From an uncultured Muribaculaceae bacterium (lineage in GTDB: Bacteria > Bacillota_I > Bacilli_A > RF39 > UBA660), in assembly GCA_964595115.1 (NCBI GenBank), contig CAZQOT010000001.1:1-35218 (forward strand): a DNA stretch of 35,218 nt, written 5' to 3'. A model generated the notes under the pieces. The model had not been told where the DNA came from, ran no database searches, and saw only the letters and a program-made list of their open reading frames with translations. Each line of letters starts with the position of its first letter. The stretch's first letter is position 1. The translations under genes and the position numbers were made by a program. Positions 9,211 to 19,266 of the stretch are shown in pieces.

Positions 9211-10530
9211 CTATAAATAATTTTGTTTTAATGCTGTTACATATTGATCAATCATATCATGCAAATCATCAGGACTCATGAATATTACTACACTATCATG
9301 ATGATTCATTAATTTTGATGCATCATCTCGTTTAATACTTTCCCCATTATTTAATAAATCTATTATTAAATTATTTGTTACACCTGGATAATTGCTTTCT
9401 TTTTCTCTACTTGGATATACATCTAAAATATATGATTTATCTATAGTATTTAAAACATTAGCTATTTCTTTATGTAAAGCTTTGGTACGTGAATAAGTAT
9501 GGGGTAAAAAGACTCCTATTATTTTTTTATCAGGATATTTTTGTTTAGCTGCTTCAATTACTGCTTTTATCTCGGTTGGATGATGAGCGTAATCATCAAT
9601 AATAATCATATCTTTTACAAATATTTCACTAAACCTTCTTTTAGCTCCTTCATAAGTTGTTAGATAATAAGCTACTTTATCTATATTTAAACCTTCTAAA
9701 TAGGCAGTAGCAATGACAGCTAAAGAATTTAAAATCATATGTTTACCAAAAAGATTAATTTTAAAGTTATTAATTAATTTATCTTTGAAAAATACATCAA
9801 AGGTGAATCCCTTGGTAGTAGATACAACATTAGTAACTTTAAAATCATTATTATCATTAAAGCCATATAAATATACTTCTTTATTCATTTTACTTTTGAT
9901 TTCTTTGATATTTTCATCATCGCCGTAAGCAATTATTTGCTTATTTGTTTGGTTGGCAAATGATATATAAGCATCTTTTATATCCTCTAAATCTTTATAA
10001 TAATCAACATGATCAAGTTCAATATTTGTAATGATGGTCGTATTAGGATAATAATTTAAAAAATGCCTACGATATTCACAAGCCTCAATAATAAAATTGT
10101 TGTTATCTTTGTTTGCATAACCTGTGCCATCACCAATTAAATAATTAGTGCCTATAATATTATTAAATACATGGGACATAATTGATGTGGTTGTCGTTTT
10201 ACCATGACATCCACAAACAGCTATAGTGTCATATTTTTTCGATAATTCACCTAATAATTCATAATATCCATATTTTTTTATACCTAATTTATTTGCTTTG
10301 ATAAGTGCTGGATTATCTTCTTTTATAGAAGCTCCAACAATAGCTATCATGTCATTTGTTATATTAGCATTTTCGTAAGGCATTATTTCAATTCCTCTTT
10401 TATCTAAAGCAATTTGTGTAAAGAAATAATCCTCTTTATCTGAACCGTTAACATTACAACCCAAATCAAACATAATTTGAGCTAATGAACTCATACCAGA
10501 TCCTTTTATACCAATAAAATGATATGTCAT
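9211..10530 (-). CDS. murC: UDP-N-acetylmuramate--L-alanine ligase
   Basis: 439 aa with YHFIGIKGSGMSSLAQIM and GCHGKTTTTSIM Mur-ligase motifs. Confidence 0.9.
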   Translation of the reverse strand: MTYHFIGIKGSGMSSLAQIMFDLGCNVNGSDKEDYFFTQIALDKRGIEIMPYENANITNDMIAIVGASIKEDNPALIKANKLGIKKYGYYELLGELSKKYDTIAVCGCHGKTTTTSIMSHVFNNIIGTNYLIGDGTGYANKDNNNFIIEACEYRRHFLNYYPNTTIITNIELDHVDYYKDLEDIKDAYISFANQTNKQIIAYGDDENIKEIKSKMNKEVYLYGFNDNNDFKVTNVVSTTKGFTFDVFFKDKLINNFKINLFGKHMILNSLAVIATAYLEGLNIDKVAYYLTTYEGAKRRFSEIFVKDMIIIDDYAHHPTEIKAVIEAAKQKYPDKKIIGVFLPHTYSRTKALHKEIANVLNTIDKSYILDVYPSREKESNYPGVTNNLIIDLLNNGESIKRDDASKLMNHHDSVVIFMSPDDLHDMIDQYVTALKQNYL

Positions 10531-11123
10531 TAAGCTTTCCTCCTAGCAGTTGTTGAATTATATGTATATGTTTGACTACGAATTTCTTGTATTTTGTTAT
10601 AACAAGGATTATGCTTACAAAATGGAATATATGGGTAATCATTTAATGAAAATTGATAATGTAATTCATAATCTTCTATGAAACCTAAGTGTTTTGCAAT
10701 CATTAAAGAATGTTCATTATCTTTTGCTATTTCAAGAATAATAGTTTCCAAATTAAAAGGATTTGCTAGAAATATGGAATTACAAATTTTATTCAATAAT
10801 CTAGTTCCATATTTTTCGGGCAAATGACGATATTTCTTGTGAATAGCATATTCAATTGTTACAGCATTATCAATACATCTAGTATTCTTAACCGTAAAAA
10901 GGCCTATATATTCATTAATTGATTTATCTCTGACAAGAAATGCTAAAGAAATATTATCTGAAGTGCATTCTATTGATTTTTTAATATCTCCAGCAATATT
11001 ATTAATATATTTATTAATATAATTATCGCTCTCAATTTCATTTAAGAATTTTTTTTGTTCGGGATCAAATTTGTCATAAAAAACAAATTTGATTGTTGAA
11101 TCTTGATTTAGTAACTTCTCCAT
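10530..11123 (-). CDS. GNAT-family acetyltransferase-like protein
   Basis: 197 aa. The core TIEYAIHKKYR...YGTRLLNKI...AKHLGF resembles the GNAT A/B motifs. The stop overlaps the murC ATG (TAATG). Confidence 0.45.
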   Translation of the reverse strand: MEKLLNQDSTIKFVFYDKFDPEQKKFLNEIESDNYINKYINNIAGDIKKSIECTSDNISLAFLVRDKSINEYIGLFTVKNTRCIDNAVTIEYAIHKKYRHLPEKYGTRLLNKICNSIFLANPFNLETIILEIAKDNEHSLMIAKHLGFIEDYELHYQFSLNDYPYIPFCKHNPCYNKIQEIRSQTYTYNSTTARRKA

Positions 11124-11165
11124 ATATAACTCCTACTTGTTGTGTTTATTAAATTATATCATATT

Positions 11166-13265
11166 TTATATCAAAATTTCTATATTATCATTATTAAAAT
11201 CAACTGTGATGTTATCGCCATAGTTTATTTTTTCTTCAATTAGTTGCTTAGCTATTTCGGTTTCTATATGTCTTGAAATAAACCTTTTAAATGGTCTAAC
11301 TCCATAGTTAATATCGTAAGCACTATCAATGATATGTTCAATGGCTTTATTTGTAATATTTATAGTTAAGTTGTACTCATTTAATCTTGTTTCTAGTTCT
11401 CCTATGATTTTTCTTATAATTTTACTAATGATATCCTTAGACAATGAATTAAAGATAATTATTTCATCTATTCGATTTAAGAATTCTGGTCTGAATGTTT
11501 TTTTCATCAAATCAAGGACTAGGTCTTGACCTTTATTTTCTAAAATATATTCACTACCTATATTAGATGTCATAATAATTATAGTGTTCTTAAAATCAAC
11601 TACTCTACCATGACTATCTGTTATTCTACCATCATCAAGAATTTGAAGCAAAATGTTAAATACATCATGATGAGCTTTTTCAATTTCATCAAATAAGACA
11701 ATACTGTAAGGATTACGCCTAACAGCCTCTGTTAATTGACCACCTTCATCGTAACCGATATATCCTGGGGGAGAACCAATTAAACGAGAAACATTAAATG
11801 CTTCCATATATTCACTCATATCTATTCTAATCATATGGCGTTCATCATCAAACAGTTGATATGCTAAGGTTCTAGCAACTTCTGTTTTGCCTACTCCCGT
11901 AGGACCAAGGAAGATGAATGAACCAATTGGACGATTAGGATCTTTTATACCTGCTCTAGCTCTAATAATAGCCTCACTGACAAGTTTTAGAGCATCGTCT
12001 TGACCAATGACACGTTTACTCATTTCCACTTCAAGATTGAGGAGTTTTTCTTTTTCACCCATAGCAAGTTTTGTAACAGGAATGTTAGTCCATTTTGAAA
12101 TGATGCTTGCTATTGATTCTTCAGTAACAGTATCACTAAGCATTTTATTTTCATCTTTTGCTTTTAATTCTTTTAATTCTTTTTCAAGAGTTGGAATTTC
12201 ACCATGACGAATACGGGCAGAAGTCTCTAAATCATATTTGTTTTCAGCTTGTTCTAATCTAAATTTTGCATTCTCAAGTTCACTTTTTTTCTTATTAATT
12301 TTTTCGTTAATATTTTTTTCTTCTTCCCAAGCTTTACGCAACTCACTTTCTTTAGCTTTCAAAGTTATTAATTCATCATTTATAGTATCTAATCTTTTTT
12401 TGCTAGTGTCATCTTTCTCTTTCTTTAAAGCATGGCTCTCTACCTCAAGTTGCATTATATTTCGTGTTAAAGTATCTAATTCAACAGGTACTGAATCCAT
12501 TTGAACTTTGATAGTAGCACAAGCTTCATCGACTAAATCAATAGCTTTATCAGGTAAAAATCTATCTGTAATATAACGATTAGATAAATTAGCGGCAGCA
12601 ATAAGAGCTTTATCTGAAATGTTAACACCATGATGAACCTCATATCTTTCTTTTAATCCACGAAGAATTGTAATGGTGTCTGTTACAGTTGGTTCACTAA
12701 CCATAACCTTTTGAAATCTACGTTCTAAGGCACCATCTAATTCAATGTATTTACGATACTCATTTAAGGTGGTTGCTCCTATACAATGAATTTCACCTCT
12801 AGCAAGCATTGGCTTTAACATGTTAGAAACATCCATAGCACCTTCTAATCTACCAGCACCTACTATCATGTGAATTTCATCAATAAACATAATAATGTTG
12901 CCATCACTGTTTTTTATTTCTTTTAAAACAGCTTTAAGTCTTTCTTCAAATTCCCCTCGATATTTAGCACCTGCTATTAAGGCACCCATATCTAATTCCC
13001 AAATAGTCTTATCTTTTAAACTGTTTGGTACATCACCAGCCACTATTCGTCTAGCTAAACCTTCGACAATAGCGGTTTTACCAACACCTGGTTCACCTAT
13101 TAAAACAGGATTATTTTTTGTTTTACGAGATAAAATACGAGTAATGCTACGAACTTCCTCATCACGACCAATAACAGGATCTATTTTACCGTCTTTAACA
13201 TCTTTAACGATATCACGACCATACTTTTCTAAAACATTTTCTAAATTTTCTTGATAATCATTCAT
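11166..13265 (-). CDS. clpB: ClpB-type AAA+ disaggregase lacking the N-terminal domain (699 aa)
   Basis: Two Walker A sites ([16 protein letters not shown]), a long coiled-coil middle domain, and [11 protein letters not shown]. The ATG at 13265 follows GAGGTGA. The ORF-track extension to 13403 runs through the promoter and the neighbouring gene. Confidence 0.9.
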   Translation of the reverse strand: MNDYQENLENVLEKYGRDIVKDVKDGKIDPVIGRDEEVRSITRILSRKTKNNPVLIGEPGVGKTAIVEGLARRIVAGDVPNSLKDKTIWELDMGALIAGAKYRGEFEERLKAVLKEIKNSDGNIIMFIDEIHMIVGAGRLEGAMDVSNMLKPMLARGEIHCIGATTLNEYRKYIELDGALERRFQKVMVSEPTVTDTITILRGLKERYEVHHGVNISDKALIAAANLSNRYITDRFLPDKAIDLVDEACATIKVQMDSVPVELDTLTRNIMQLEVESHALKKEKDDTSKKRLDTINDELITLKAKESELRKAWEEEKNINEKINKKKSELENAKFRLEQAENKYDLETSARIRHGEIPTLEKELKELKAKDENKMLSDTVTEESIASIISKWTNIPVTKLAMGEKEKLLNLEVEMSKRVIGQDDALKLVSEAIIRARAGIKDPNRPIGSFIFLGPTGVGKTEVARTLAYQLFDDERHMIRIDMSEYMEAFNVSRLIGSPPGYIGYDEGGQLTEAVRRNPYSIVLFDEIEKAHHDVFNILLQILDDGRITDSHGRVVDFKNTIIIMTSNIGSEYILENKGQDLVLDLMKKTFRPEFLNRIDEIIIFNSLSKDIISKIIRKIIGELETRLNEYNLTINITNKAIEHIIDSAYDINYGVRPFKRFISRHIETEIAKQLIEEKINYGDNITVDFNNDNIEILI

Positions 13266-13283
13266 GATAATCACCTCAATATA

Positions 13284-13312
13284 ATTATAATATACAAAAT
13301 AGCACTCGTCAA
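13284..13312 (-). promoter_or_regulatory. SigA-type promoter of clpB (TTGACG-N17-TATAAT)
   Basis: Minus strand has TTGACG at 13312..13307, a 17-nt spacer, and TATAAT at 13289..13284, about 19 nt before the ATG. Confidence 0.6.
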
Positions 13313-13325
13313 TACCGAGCGCTAT
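13299..13325 (-). promoter_or_regulatory. CIRCE-like HrcA operator overlapping the clpB -35
   Basis: Minus strand reads ATAGCGCTC-GGTATTGAC-GAGTGCTAT, versus the consensus TTAGCACTC-N9-GAGTGCTAA. Confidence 0.6.
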
Positions 13326-13350
13326 TTCTGCTATACTACATTTTAATAAT

Positions 13351-13866
13351 TTATTCCAACCATATCTTTGTAATAACTGTGTCGTGAGCCATTCTATATC
13401 CACCTAACCAAAAATTAAAATGAATATAGTATTCTCCTTGATATGTACTAATATCTAAACTTCCTTCATATTGGGATTCATCATCGGGAAAATAAAAATT
13501 AGAAACAAACTGGTCGGTATCATCCATTTTATTATCATTTATACTTATATGTGATGCCCATGCGTTATCAGTAGTAGTTGTGTATTGCACTTTTAATGTA
13601 TTATATCCAGTTGTATCGACTTTGTTTTTGGTTGTTATTACAATACCATTACCAGCAGGTGTCATGTTTTCTTCAATATGTATGGCTATGTTATTTGCAT
13701 TAAAAGTTATTGTAGTACCAGGTTGAAGATAGGTATCTCCAATTTCCCAATCATCAGTTCCAATGCCTTCATTATACAGGTAATAATTTAATCCCAGATC
13801 GCAACTATCTTCACTTACCTCAATATTATGATATGAACCACATGCACTCCTATAATATATTGTTTT
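13351..13866 (-). CDS. Hypothetical beta-rich protein with an N-terminal CGSYHN...C module. The frame is open for 171 codons, but the first in-frame ATG is at 13665.
   Basis: The frame stays open from the TAG at 13869..13867 to the TAA at 13353..13351. The N-terminal 16 aa match the region upstream of the glycine-rich gene. No in-frame ATG/GTG/TTG exists upstream of 13665, and 13665 has no SD. Confidence 0.45.
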   Translation of the reverse strand, partial: KTIYYRSACGSYHNIEVSEDSCDLGLNYYLYNEGIGTDDWEIGDTYLQPGTTITFNANNIAIHIEENMTPAGNGIVITTKNKVDTTGYNTLKVQYTTTTDNAWASHISINDNKMDDTDQFVSNFYFPDDESQYEGSLDISTYQGEYYIHFNFWLGGYRMAHDTVITKIWLE

Positions 13867-13904
13867 CTATATTTTAGAATAACATAGATATACGCTTTTT
13901 GCAA
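13839..13904 (-). repeat. Copy B of the 66-bp promoter/leader repeat (TTGCAA-N17-TATTCT with TG-extended -10, SD GGAGTG, ATG)
   Basis: 57/66 identical, by hand alignment, to 21023..21088. The -35 is at 13904..13899 and the -10 at 13881..13876. Confidence 0.65.
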
Positions 13905-13948
13905 CCAAAGAATATAAAGGACGTGTAAAAAAATGATAATTTAAAATT

Positions 13949-14488
13949 TTAGAACATATTTGCAATGTCTTTTAATGATGATATACATCTATATTCAAGA
14001 TGGTCTCTTTTTTCTTTAGTAAATTTCACACTTATACCTCCAGCATCTTCCCAGATACGAAGATTGCCAGAATGATCATCTACTAAAATGCAATCTTTAC
14101 AATTACGAGTAGCTGCAGTTTTAGGAAATTTCTTTGGTACACATATAACATCAACATTACCATTAATATTTTTATTGATAAATTTAAATTTAGCTTCCAT
14201 TTCCTTAAAACTGCCGACATGAGATAAAATAGCAATATTGAATTTGTTACTACTCACTAAATAATTAATATGTTTAATACTATCATTTATTGGTGGAGTT
14301 ATTTGCAAAAAATTATCCCAATCTATTTCACTAATTATTTTAGTGATTTTTTCAACATCTTCTGTTGTTACTTTTTTATTAATGTTGCGTATATGTAATT
14401 CATAATCAGTTTCTTCAATCTTTTTATACATTCCAACTATTGTATCTAAAATAACACCATCAAAATCAATATATAAATTCTTTTTCAT
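13949..14488 (-). CDS. HAD-superfamily hydrolase, probable 5'(3')-deoxyribonucleotidase-like
   Basis: DFDGV (DxDxV) nucleophile motif at the N-terminus and ILVDDHSGN near the C-terminus. The start overlaps the tdk stop (ATGA). Confidence 0.45.
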   Translation of the reverse strand: MKKNLYIDFDGVILDTIVGMYKKIEETDYELHIRNINKKVTTEDVEKITKIISEIDWDNFLQITPPINDSIKHINYLVSSNKFNIAILSHVGSFKEMEAKFKFINKNINGNVDVICVPKKFPKTAATRNCKDCILVDDHSGNLRIWEDAGGISVKFTKEKRDHLEYRCISSLKDIANMF

Positions 14489-15099
14489 TTTTTCACCTTA
14501 CTGCTTCCTTTATCAATATTTCCTTCCTTCCAGCACTGATAACATAAACCAGTGTATGATTCATCCCCTCCAATTTGTACTTCATCTCCTTCATATACAA
14601 TTATATATTTTTTACTTACTTCGTCAAACATATATCTAGCATTCACAATTTTGTTTCTCCCACATTTACATTTTGATTCAAGTGCTATTATAACATCTGC
14701 TAATTCGAAGGCTCTCATACTGCCAGGAAATAATGTTGTTTTAAAATTACCTCTTAAACCATATAACTTAACATTAATATTTAACGTATCTACAATATCT
14801 TTGAATTGTTCAATTTGCAATGGAGTCAAAAACTGAGCTTCATCGACAATAATATAAGTTGTATAAAGCAAATTATAACTGAATTTTTTAATAATGTCAT
14901 CACTAGGATTAATTAATAAGGCGTCAGCTTCAATGCCATTAATTCTAGACTTAATAATTTCCGTACCATCTCTAGTATCAATTGATGGTTTCATCAATAA
15001 AGTTGGATGTTTTTGATCTTTTAAATCATAATACTCGATTAATGCCTTCGTTGTTTTCCCGCTGCCCATTGTCCCATAAATATAAAAAAGTTCCGCCAT
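14485..15099 (-). CDS. tdk: Thymidine kinase
   Basis: GTMGSGKT P-loop, VDEAQF motif, and a C-terminal zinc ribbon CKCG...CYQCW. Confidence 0.9.
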   Translation of the reverse strand: MAELFYIYGTMGSGKTTKALIEYYDLKDQKHPTLLMKPSIDTRDGTEIIKSRINGIEADALLINPSDDIIKKFSYNLLYTTYIIVDEAQFLTPLQIEQFKDIVDTLNINVKLYGLRGNFKTTLFPGSMRAFELADVIIALESKCKCGRNKIVNARYMFDEVSKKYIIVYEGDEVQIGGDESYTGLCYQCWKEGNIDKGSSKVKK

Positions 15100-15177
15100 T
15101 TTATCACCTCACTACTATGTAATGAGATTATAACACAAACATGTGTACGGGTAAATATATTATGCAACAAAATGTTG

Positions 15178-15864
15178 TTATTTACCAAATTTTCTATTTC
15201 GATTATTGTATTCGTTGAGAATTAAATCGAAATCTTGACATGTAAAGGCCGGCCAATATGTGTCAATAAAGAACAATTCTGCATATGCAAGCTGAAATAT
15301 CATATAATTGCTTATCCTTTGTTCTCCACTTGTTCTTATTAGTAAATCTATATCAGGTAATTGATTATATAAATAATTCTTAAATGTATCATTATCAAGC
15401 TTATTGGTATCAACTTTTTCTTTTACTATCTTCTTAACAGCATCTATTATTTCTGTTTGCCCTCCATAATTAAGACATATATTGAATATATAATCATTGT
15501 TTACTGTTTCCTTCTCAAGCTTTTCCATCGCCTTTACCAATGAATTTGATAATTGTTCTCTATTACCAGAAAAAATAACTTTAATATTTTCTTTTTTAAT
15601 TTTTTCTCCCTGAGATTTAAAGAAACTCAAGAATAGTGACATAAGGTTGTCAACCTCATCTTTACTTCGATTAAAATTTTCAGTTGAAAAAGCAAATACA
15701 CTTAATACTTTTATTCCTTTCTTGAATATATGTTCCGTTATTTTAACAATATTGTTTGCTCCTTTTTTATGTCCTTCTTTTATTGATAATCCATGTTCTT
15801 TAGCCCACCTTCTATTACCATCGAGGATAATAGCTACATGATTAGGTATTATTAATTCTTTCAC
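15178..15864 (-). CDS. uppS: Isoprenyl transferase (undecaprenyl diphosphate synthase)
   Basis: HVAIILDGNRRWAKE, SVFAFSTENFNRSK, and RTSGEQRISN motifs. Confidence 0.9.
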   Translation of the reverse strand: MKELIIPNHVAIILDGNRRWAKEHGLSIKEGHKKGANNIVKITEHIFKKGIKVLSVFAFSTENFNRSKDEVDNLMSLFLSFFKSQGEKIKKENIKVIFSGNREQLSNSLVKAMEKLEKETVNNDYIFNICLNYGGQTEIIDAVKKIVKEKVDTNKLDNDTFKNYLYNQLPDIDLLIRTSGEQRISNYMIFQLAYAELFFIDTYWPAFTCQDFDLILNEYNNRNRKFGK

Positions 15865-15913
15865 CTATTCTCACCTTCCTGTAATTTTAGTATAGCATTA
15901 TATAATGTATAAC

Positions 15914-16369
15914 TCAATTATTTAATTTAATAAAGCTTTGCATTTCCCTTCTAACTATGTTAAAAGGTTTAATTGTATGTAAATTATCAATGAATATAAG
16001 AGTTGCATAGCGGCAATTACTTTTAGCAATCCAAAAATCTTCATCTAAATGTAATTGATTATTATATTTTTCTTTAATAATTTCTATATTTGTTTTTTGA
16101 AGATCAAAAAATATAATTTTTTTTATATTAAAATATCCAATTATTTTTCCTCCAGATTTTTTTATAAATACAATATCATCTTTATTAATATTTTTATAAG
16201 GATGTATTTTATTCTTTGAAAAACGAGACTCAATAGTTTTTTTACCACTCAACATTAAAGAAAGATATGGTTCGTTGAAAATACCTAAATGAATGGCTTT
16301 TCCTTTTATCATTTTTAAATCATTATCGCATAAATTATAAATAATTTGTTTATATATTTCATTTTTCAT
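15914..16369 (-). CDS. ASCH (PUA-like) domain protein
   Basis: 151 aa. LSLMLSGKKTIESRF...DDIVFIKKSGGKIIGYF is the typical ASCH beta-barrel signature. Confidence 0.5.
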   Translation of the reverse strand: MKNEIYKQIIYNLCDNDLKMIKGKAIHLGIFNEPYLSLMLSGKKTIESRFSKNKIHPYKNINKDDIVFIKKSGGKIIGYFNIKKIIFFDLQKTNIEIIKEKYNNQLHLDEDFWIAKSNCRYATLIFIDNLHTIKPFNIVRREMQSFIKLNN

Positions 16370-16413
16370 AAATCACCTTATTAATTAAAGTATAGCATAA
16401 TTTTAATAATTAA

Positions 16414-16433
16414 AAGAACACATTTGTGTTCTT
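16414..16433 (-). terminator. Terminator after ppdK
   Basis: Minus strand reads AAGAACACA-AA-TGTGTTCTT followed by TTAATTATT. Confidence 0.55.
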
Positions 16434-16436
16434 CGT

Positions 16437-19064
16437 TTATTTATTTTCATTTAATTTTGCTTGAGCAGCTGCTAATCTTGCAATTGGAACTCTGAATGGA
16501 GAGCATGATACATAATTCAAGCCTGCTTTGTGACAGAATTCTATTGAACTGGGTTCCCCACCATGTTCACCGCAGATTCCTAATTTAATATCAGTTCTAG
16601 TGCTTTTACCTTTTTCAACAGCTATTTTTACTAATTCACCAACACCTACTTGATCTAACTTAGCAAAAGGATCTGATTCAAAGATATTTTTGTCATAATA
16701 ATCGTTTAAGAATTTTGAAGCATCATCTCTTGAGAATCCAAATGTCATTTGCGTTAAATCGTTAGTTCCAAATGAGAAAAATTCTGCTTCTTTGGCTATT
16801 TCATCAGCTGTAATAGCCGCTCTTGGGATTTCTAGCATTGTACCAACAAGATATTTTAAATTTACCCCCGAATCTCTAATAATAGAGTCTGCTGTTTCAA
16901 CCACTATATTCTTAATATATTTAAACTCTTTTACTTCTCCTACTAATGGAATCATTATTTCAGGTATTACAGTCATACCTTCTTTATTGACATTAATAGC
17001 AGCTTCAATAACAGCTCTTGTTTGCATTTTAGCAATTTCAGGATATGTTATAGATAATCTACATCCACGATGTCCCATCATTGGATTAAATTCATGCAGT
17101 GAAGTGATTCTTGCCTTTAGGGACTCGAATGTCATACCAAGTTCTTTAGCAAGTGATGTAATTTCAACATCAGTATGAGGTAAGAATTCATGTAGAGGTG
17201 GATCTAAATAACGTATTGTTACTGGAAATCCTTTCATAGCTCTAAATAATCCTTCAAAATCAGTTCTTTGCATTGGTAATAATTTCGCTAAGGCAATTTC
17301 TCTTTGTTCTAATGTCTCAGCTGTTATCATTTGTCTCATTGCAAAGATTCTATCTGCAGCAAAGAACATGTGTTCAGTTCTACATAAACCAATACCTTCT
17401 GCTCCAAACTTCATAGCCTGTTCTGCATCTCTTGGCGTATCAGCATTAGTTCTAACTTTTAATGTTCTAACTTCATCTGCCCAAGCCATAAAGGTTTTGA
17501 AATCACCACTAATTTCTGGTTCAACCGTTTTAATTTGTTCACCATAAACGTTACCGGTAGAACCATCTAAACTCATATAGTCTCCTTCATGAAAATCTTT
17601 ACCATCTTTGGTTGTTAAAGTTTTTGTTTCTTCATTTATTTTTAACTCACCACAACCGCATACACAGCATTTACCCATACCTCTTGCTACAACAGCAGCA
17701 TGAGAGGTCATTCCACCACGGACAGTTAGAATACCTTGGGCTACATTCATCCCCTCTATATCTTCAGGACTTGTTTCAAGTCTTACTAACAGTACTAGTT
17801 TTTCCCCATTTTCATGAGCTTTAACTGCATCTTCGGCGGTAAAATATATTTTACCAGTAGCAGCTCCTGGTGAAGCAGCTAAACCAGTTGCAATAACTTT
17901 GGTAGCCTTTTGTGATTCTACATCAAAGTTAGGATGCAACAATTGATCTAATTGTTTTGGTTCAACTTTTAACAAGGCTTCTTCTTTAGTAAGCATGCCT
18001 TCACTCACTAAATCAACAGCTACTTTTAAAGCTGCAGGTGCAGTTCTTTTACCATTTCTTGTTTGGAGCATGAATAATTTGCCACTTTCGATTGTAAATT
18101 CCATGTCTTGCATGTCTTTATAATGATTTTCTAATAGATTAGCTATTCTAACAAATTCATTATAAACCTCAGGCATATCACTTTCTAGTTTTGATATAGG
18201 CTCAGGTGTTCTAATACCAGCAACAACATCTTCACCTTGAGCATTAATTAAATATTCACCATATAATTTTTTTTCACCGGTCGATGGATTCCTTGTGAAA
18301 GCAACACCTGTCCCACAATCGTTTCCACGATTCCCATAAACCATTTCTTGCACGTTTACAGCTGTTCCCCAATCAGACGGAATATCATTTAATCTACGAT
18401 ATACGATAGCTCTATCATTCATCCACGATCTAAATACAGCTTTTATCGCTTCCATTAATTGTACTTTTGGATCTTGTGGAAAATCTTCACCAGATAATTC
18501 TTTATAGTTTGCTTTAAATTTTTCAGTAATTTCTTTCATGTCATCAGCTGTTAATTCTAGGTCGTTTGTGACCCCTTTTTCTTCTTTTATTTTATCAAAA
18601 TATCTTTCAAAAGAAGATTTTGGATATCCTTTAACAACATCTGAAAACATTTGAATAAATCTACGATATGAATCATATGCAAATCTAGGGTTATTAGTGG
18701 CTTCTGCAAATCCCTTTGCCACTTCATCATTTAACCCAAGGTTTAATACTGTATCCATCATTCCAGGCATAGATGCTCTAGCACCACTTCTAACAGATAC
18801 TAATAGCGGATTAGAATAATCACCCATTTTCTTTCCTGTTTTATTTTCTAGCATTTCTAATGATTTGAAGATTTCATCTTCAATTTCTTTAGGCAAAGCT
18901 TCACTGTTTTCATAATATTTAGTACAAGCTTCAGTTGTAACTGTAAAACCCCTCGGTACTGGTAAACCAATATTAGTCATTTCTGCTAAATTAGCACCTT
19001 TTCCTCCAAGTAGATTCTTCATTTCTTTTTTACCTTCTTCAAAGGCATACACATATTTTGTCAT
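16437..19064 (-). CDS. ppdK: Pyruvate, phosphate dikinase
   Basis: 875 aa with an ATP-grasp N-terminus, the phosphohistidine motif GGMTSHAAVVARG, and a PEP-utilising C-terminal TIM barrel (GICGE). Confidence 0.95.
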   Translation of the reverse strand: MTKYVYAFEEGKKEMKNLLGGKGANLAEMTNIGLPVPRGFTVTTEACTKYYENSEALPKEIEDEIFKSLEMLENKTGKKMGDYSNPLLVSVRSGARASMPGMMDTVLNLGLNDEVAKGFAEATNNPRFAYDSYRRFIQMFSDVVKGYPKSSFERYFDKIKEEKGVTNDLELTADDMKEITEKFKANYKELSGEDFPQDPKVQLMEAIKAVFRSWMNDRAIVYRRLNDIPSDWGTAVNVQEMVYGNRGNDCGTGVAFTRNPSTGEKKLYGEYLINAQGEDVVAGIRTPEPISKLESDMPEVYNEFVRIANLLENHYKDMQDMEFTIESGKLFMLQTRNGKRTAPAALKVAVDLVSEGMLTKEEALLKVEPKQLDQLLHPNFDVESQKATKVIATGLAASPGAATGKIYFTAEDAVKAHENGEKLVLLVRLETSPEDIEGMNVAQGILTVRGGMTSHAAVVARGMGKCCVCGCGELKINEETKTLTTKDGKDFHEGDYMSLDGSTGNVYGEQIKTVEPEISGDFKTFMAWADEVRTLKVRTNADTPRDAEQAMKFGAEGIGLCRTEHMFFAADRIFAMRQMITAETLEQREIALAKLLPMQRTDFEGLFRAMKGFPVTIRYLDPPLHEFLPHTDVEITSLAKELGMTFESLKARITSLHEFNPMMGHRGCRLSITYPEIAKMQTRAVIEAAINVNKEGMTVIPEIMIPLVGEVKEFKYIKNIVVETADSIIRDSGVNLKYLVGTMLEIPRAAITADEIAKEAEFFSFGTNDLTQMTFGFSRDDASKFLNDYYDKNIFESDPFAKLDQVGVGELVKIAVEKGKSTRTDIKLGICGEHGGEPSSIEFCHKAGLNYVSCSPFRVPIARLAAAQAKLNENK

Positions 19065-19091
19065 TATATCATCCTTTCATACACAATTAAT

Positions 19092-19120
19092 AGTATAGCA
19101 AAATTGTTGTATTTTCTCAA
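19092..19120 (-). promoter_or_regulatory. SigA-type promoter of ppdK (TTGAGA-N17-TATACT)
   Basis: Minus strand has TTGAGA at 19120..19115, a 17-nt spacer, and TATACT at 19097..19092. Confidence 0.55.
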
Positions 19121-19266
19121 TAATTTTGCCTTAACATGCTAAATGTTTACATAAATATTATATTAAATAATTAAATAAAAATCCAAATATAATTTTGGGT
19201 TTTTATTTTAAAACTAAGTTATCTACATATGTGTCTAAAATCAATATTTTTAATAATATCATTAAT

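Noticed and set aside
13266-13403. The ORF-track N-terminal extension of ClpB (745 aa) overlaps the neighbouring gene.
   Set aside because: The extension runs through the promoter, the CIRCE operator and the 3' end of the upstream gene. It has no SD and no similarity to a ClpB N-domain. The ATG at 13265 has a proper SD.
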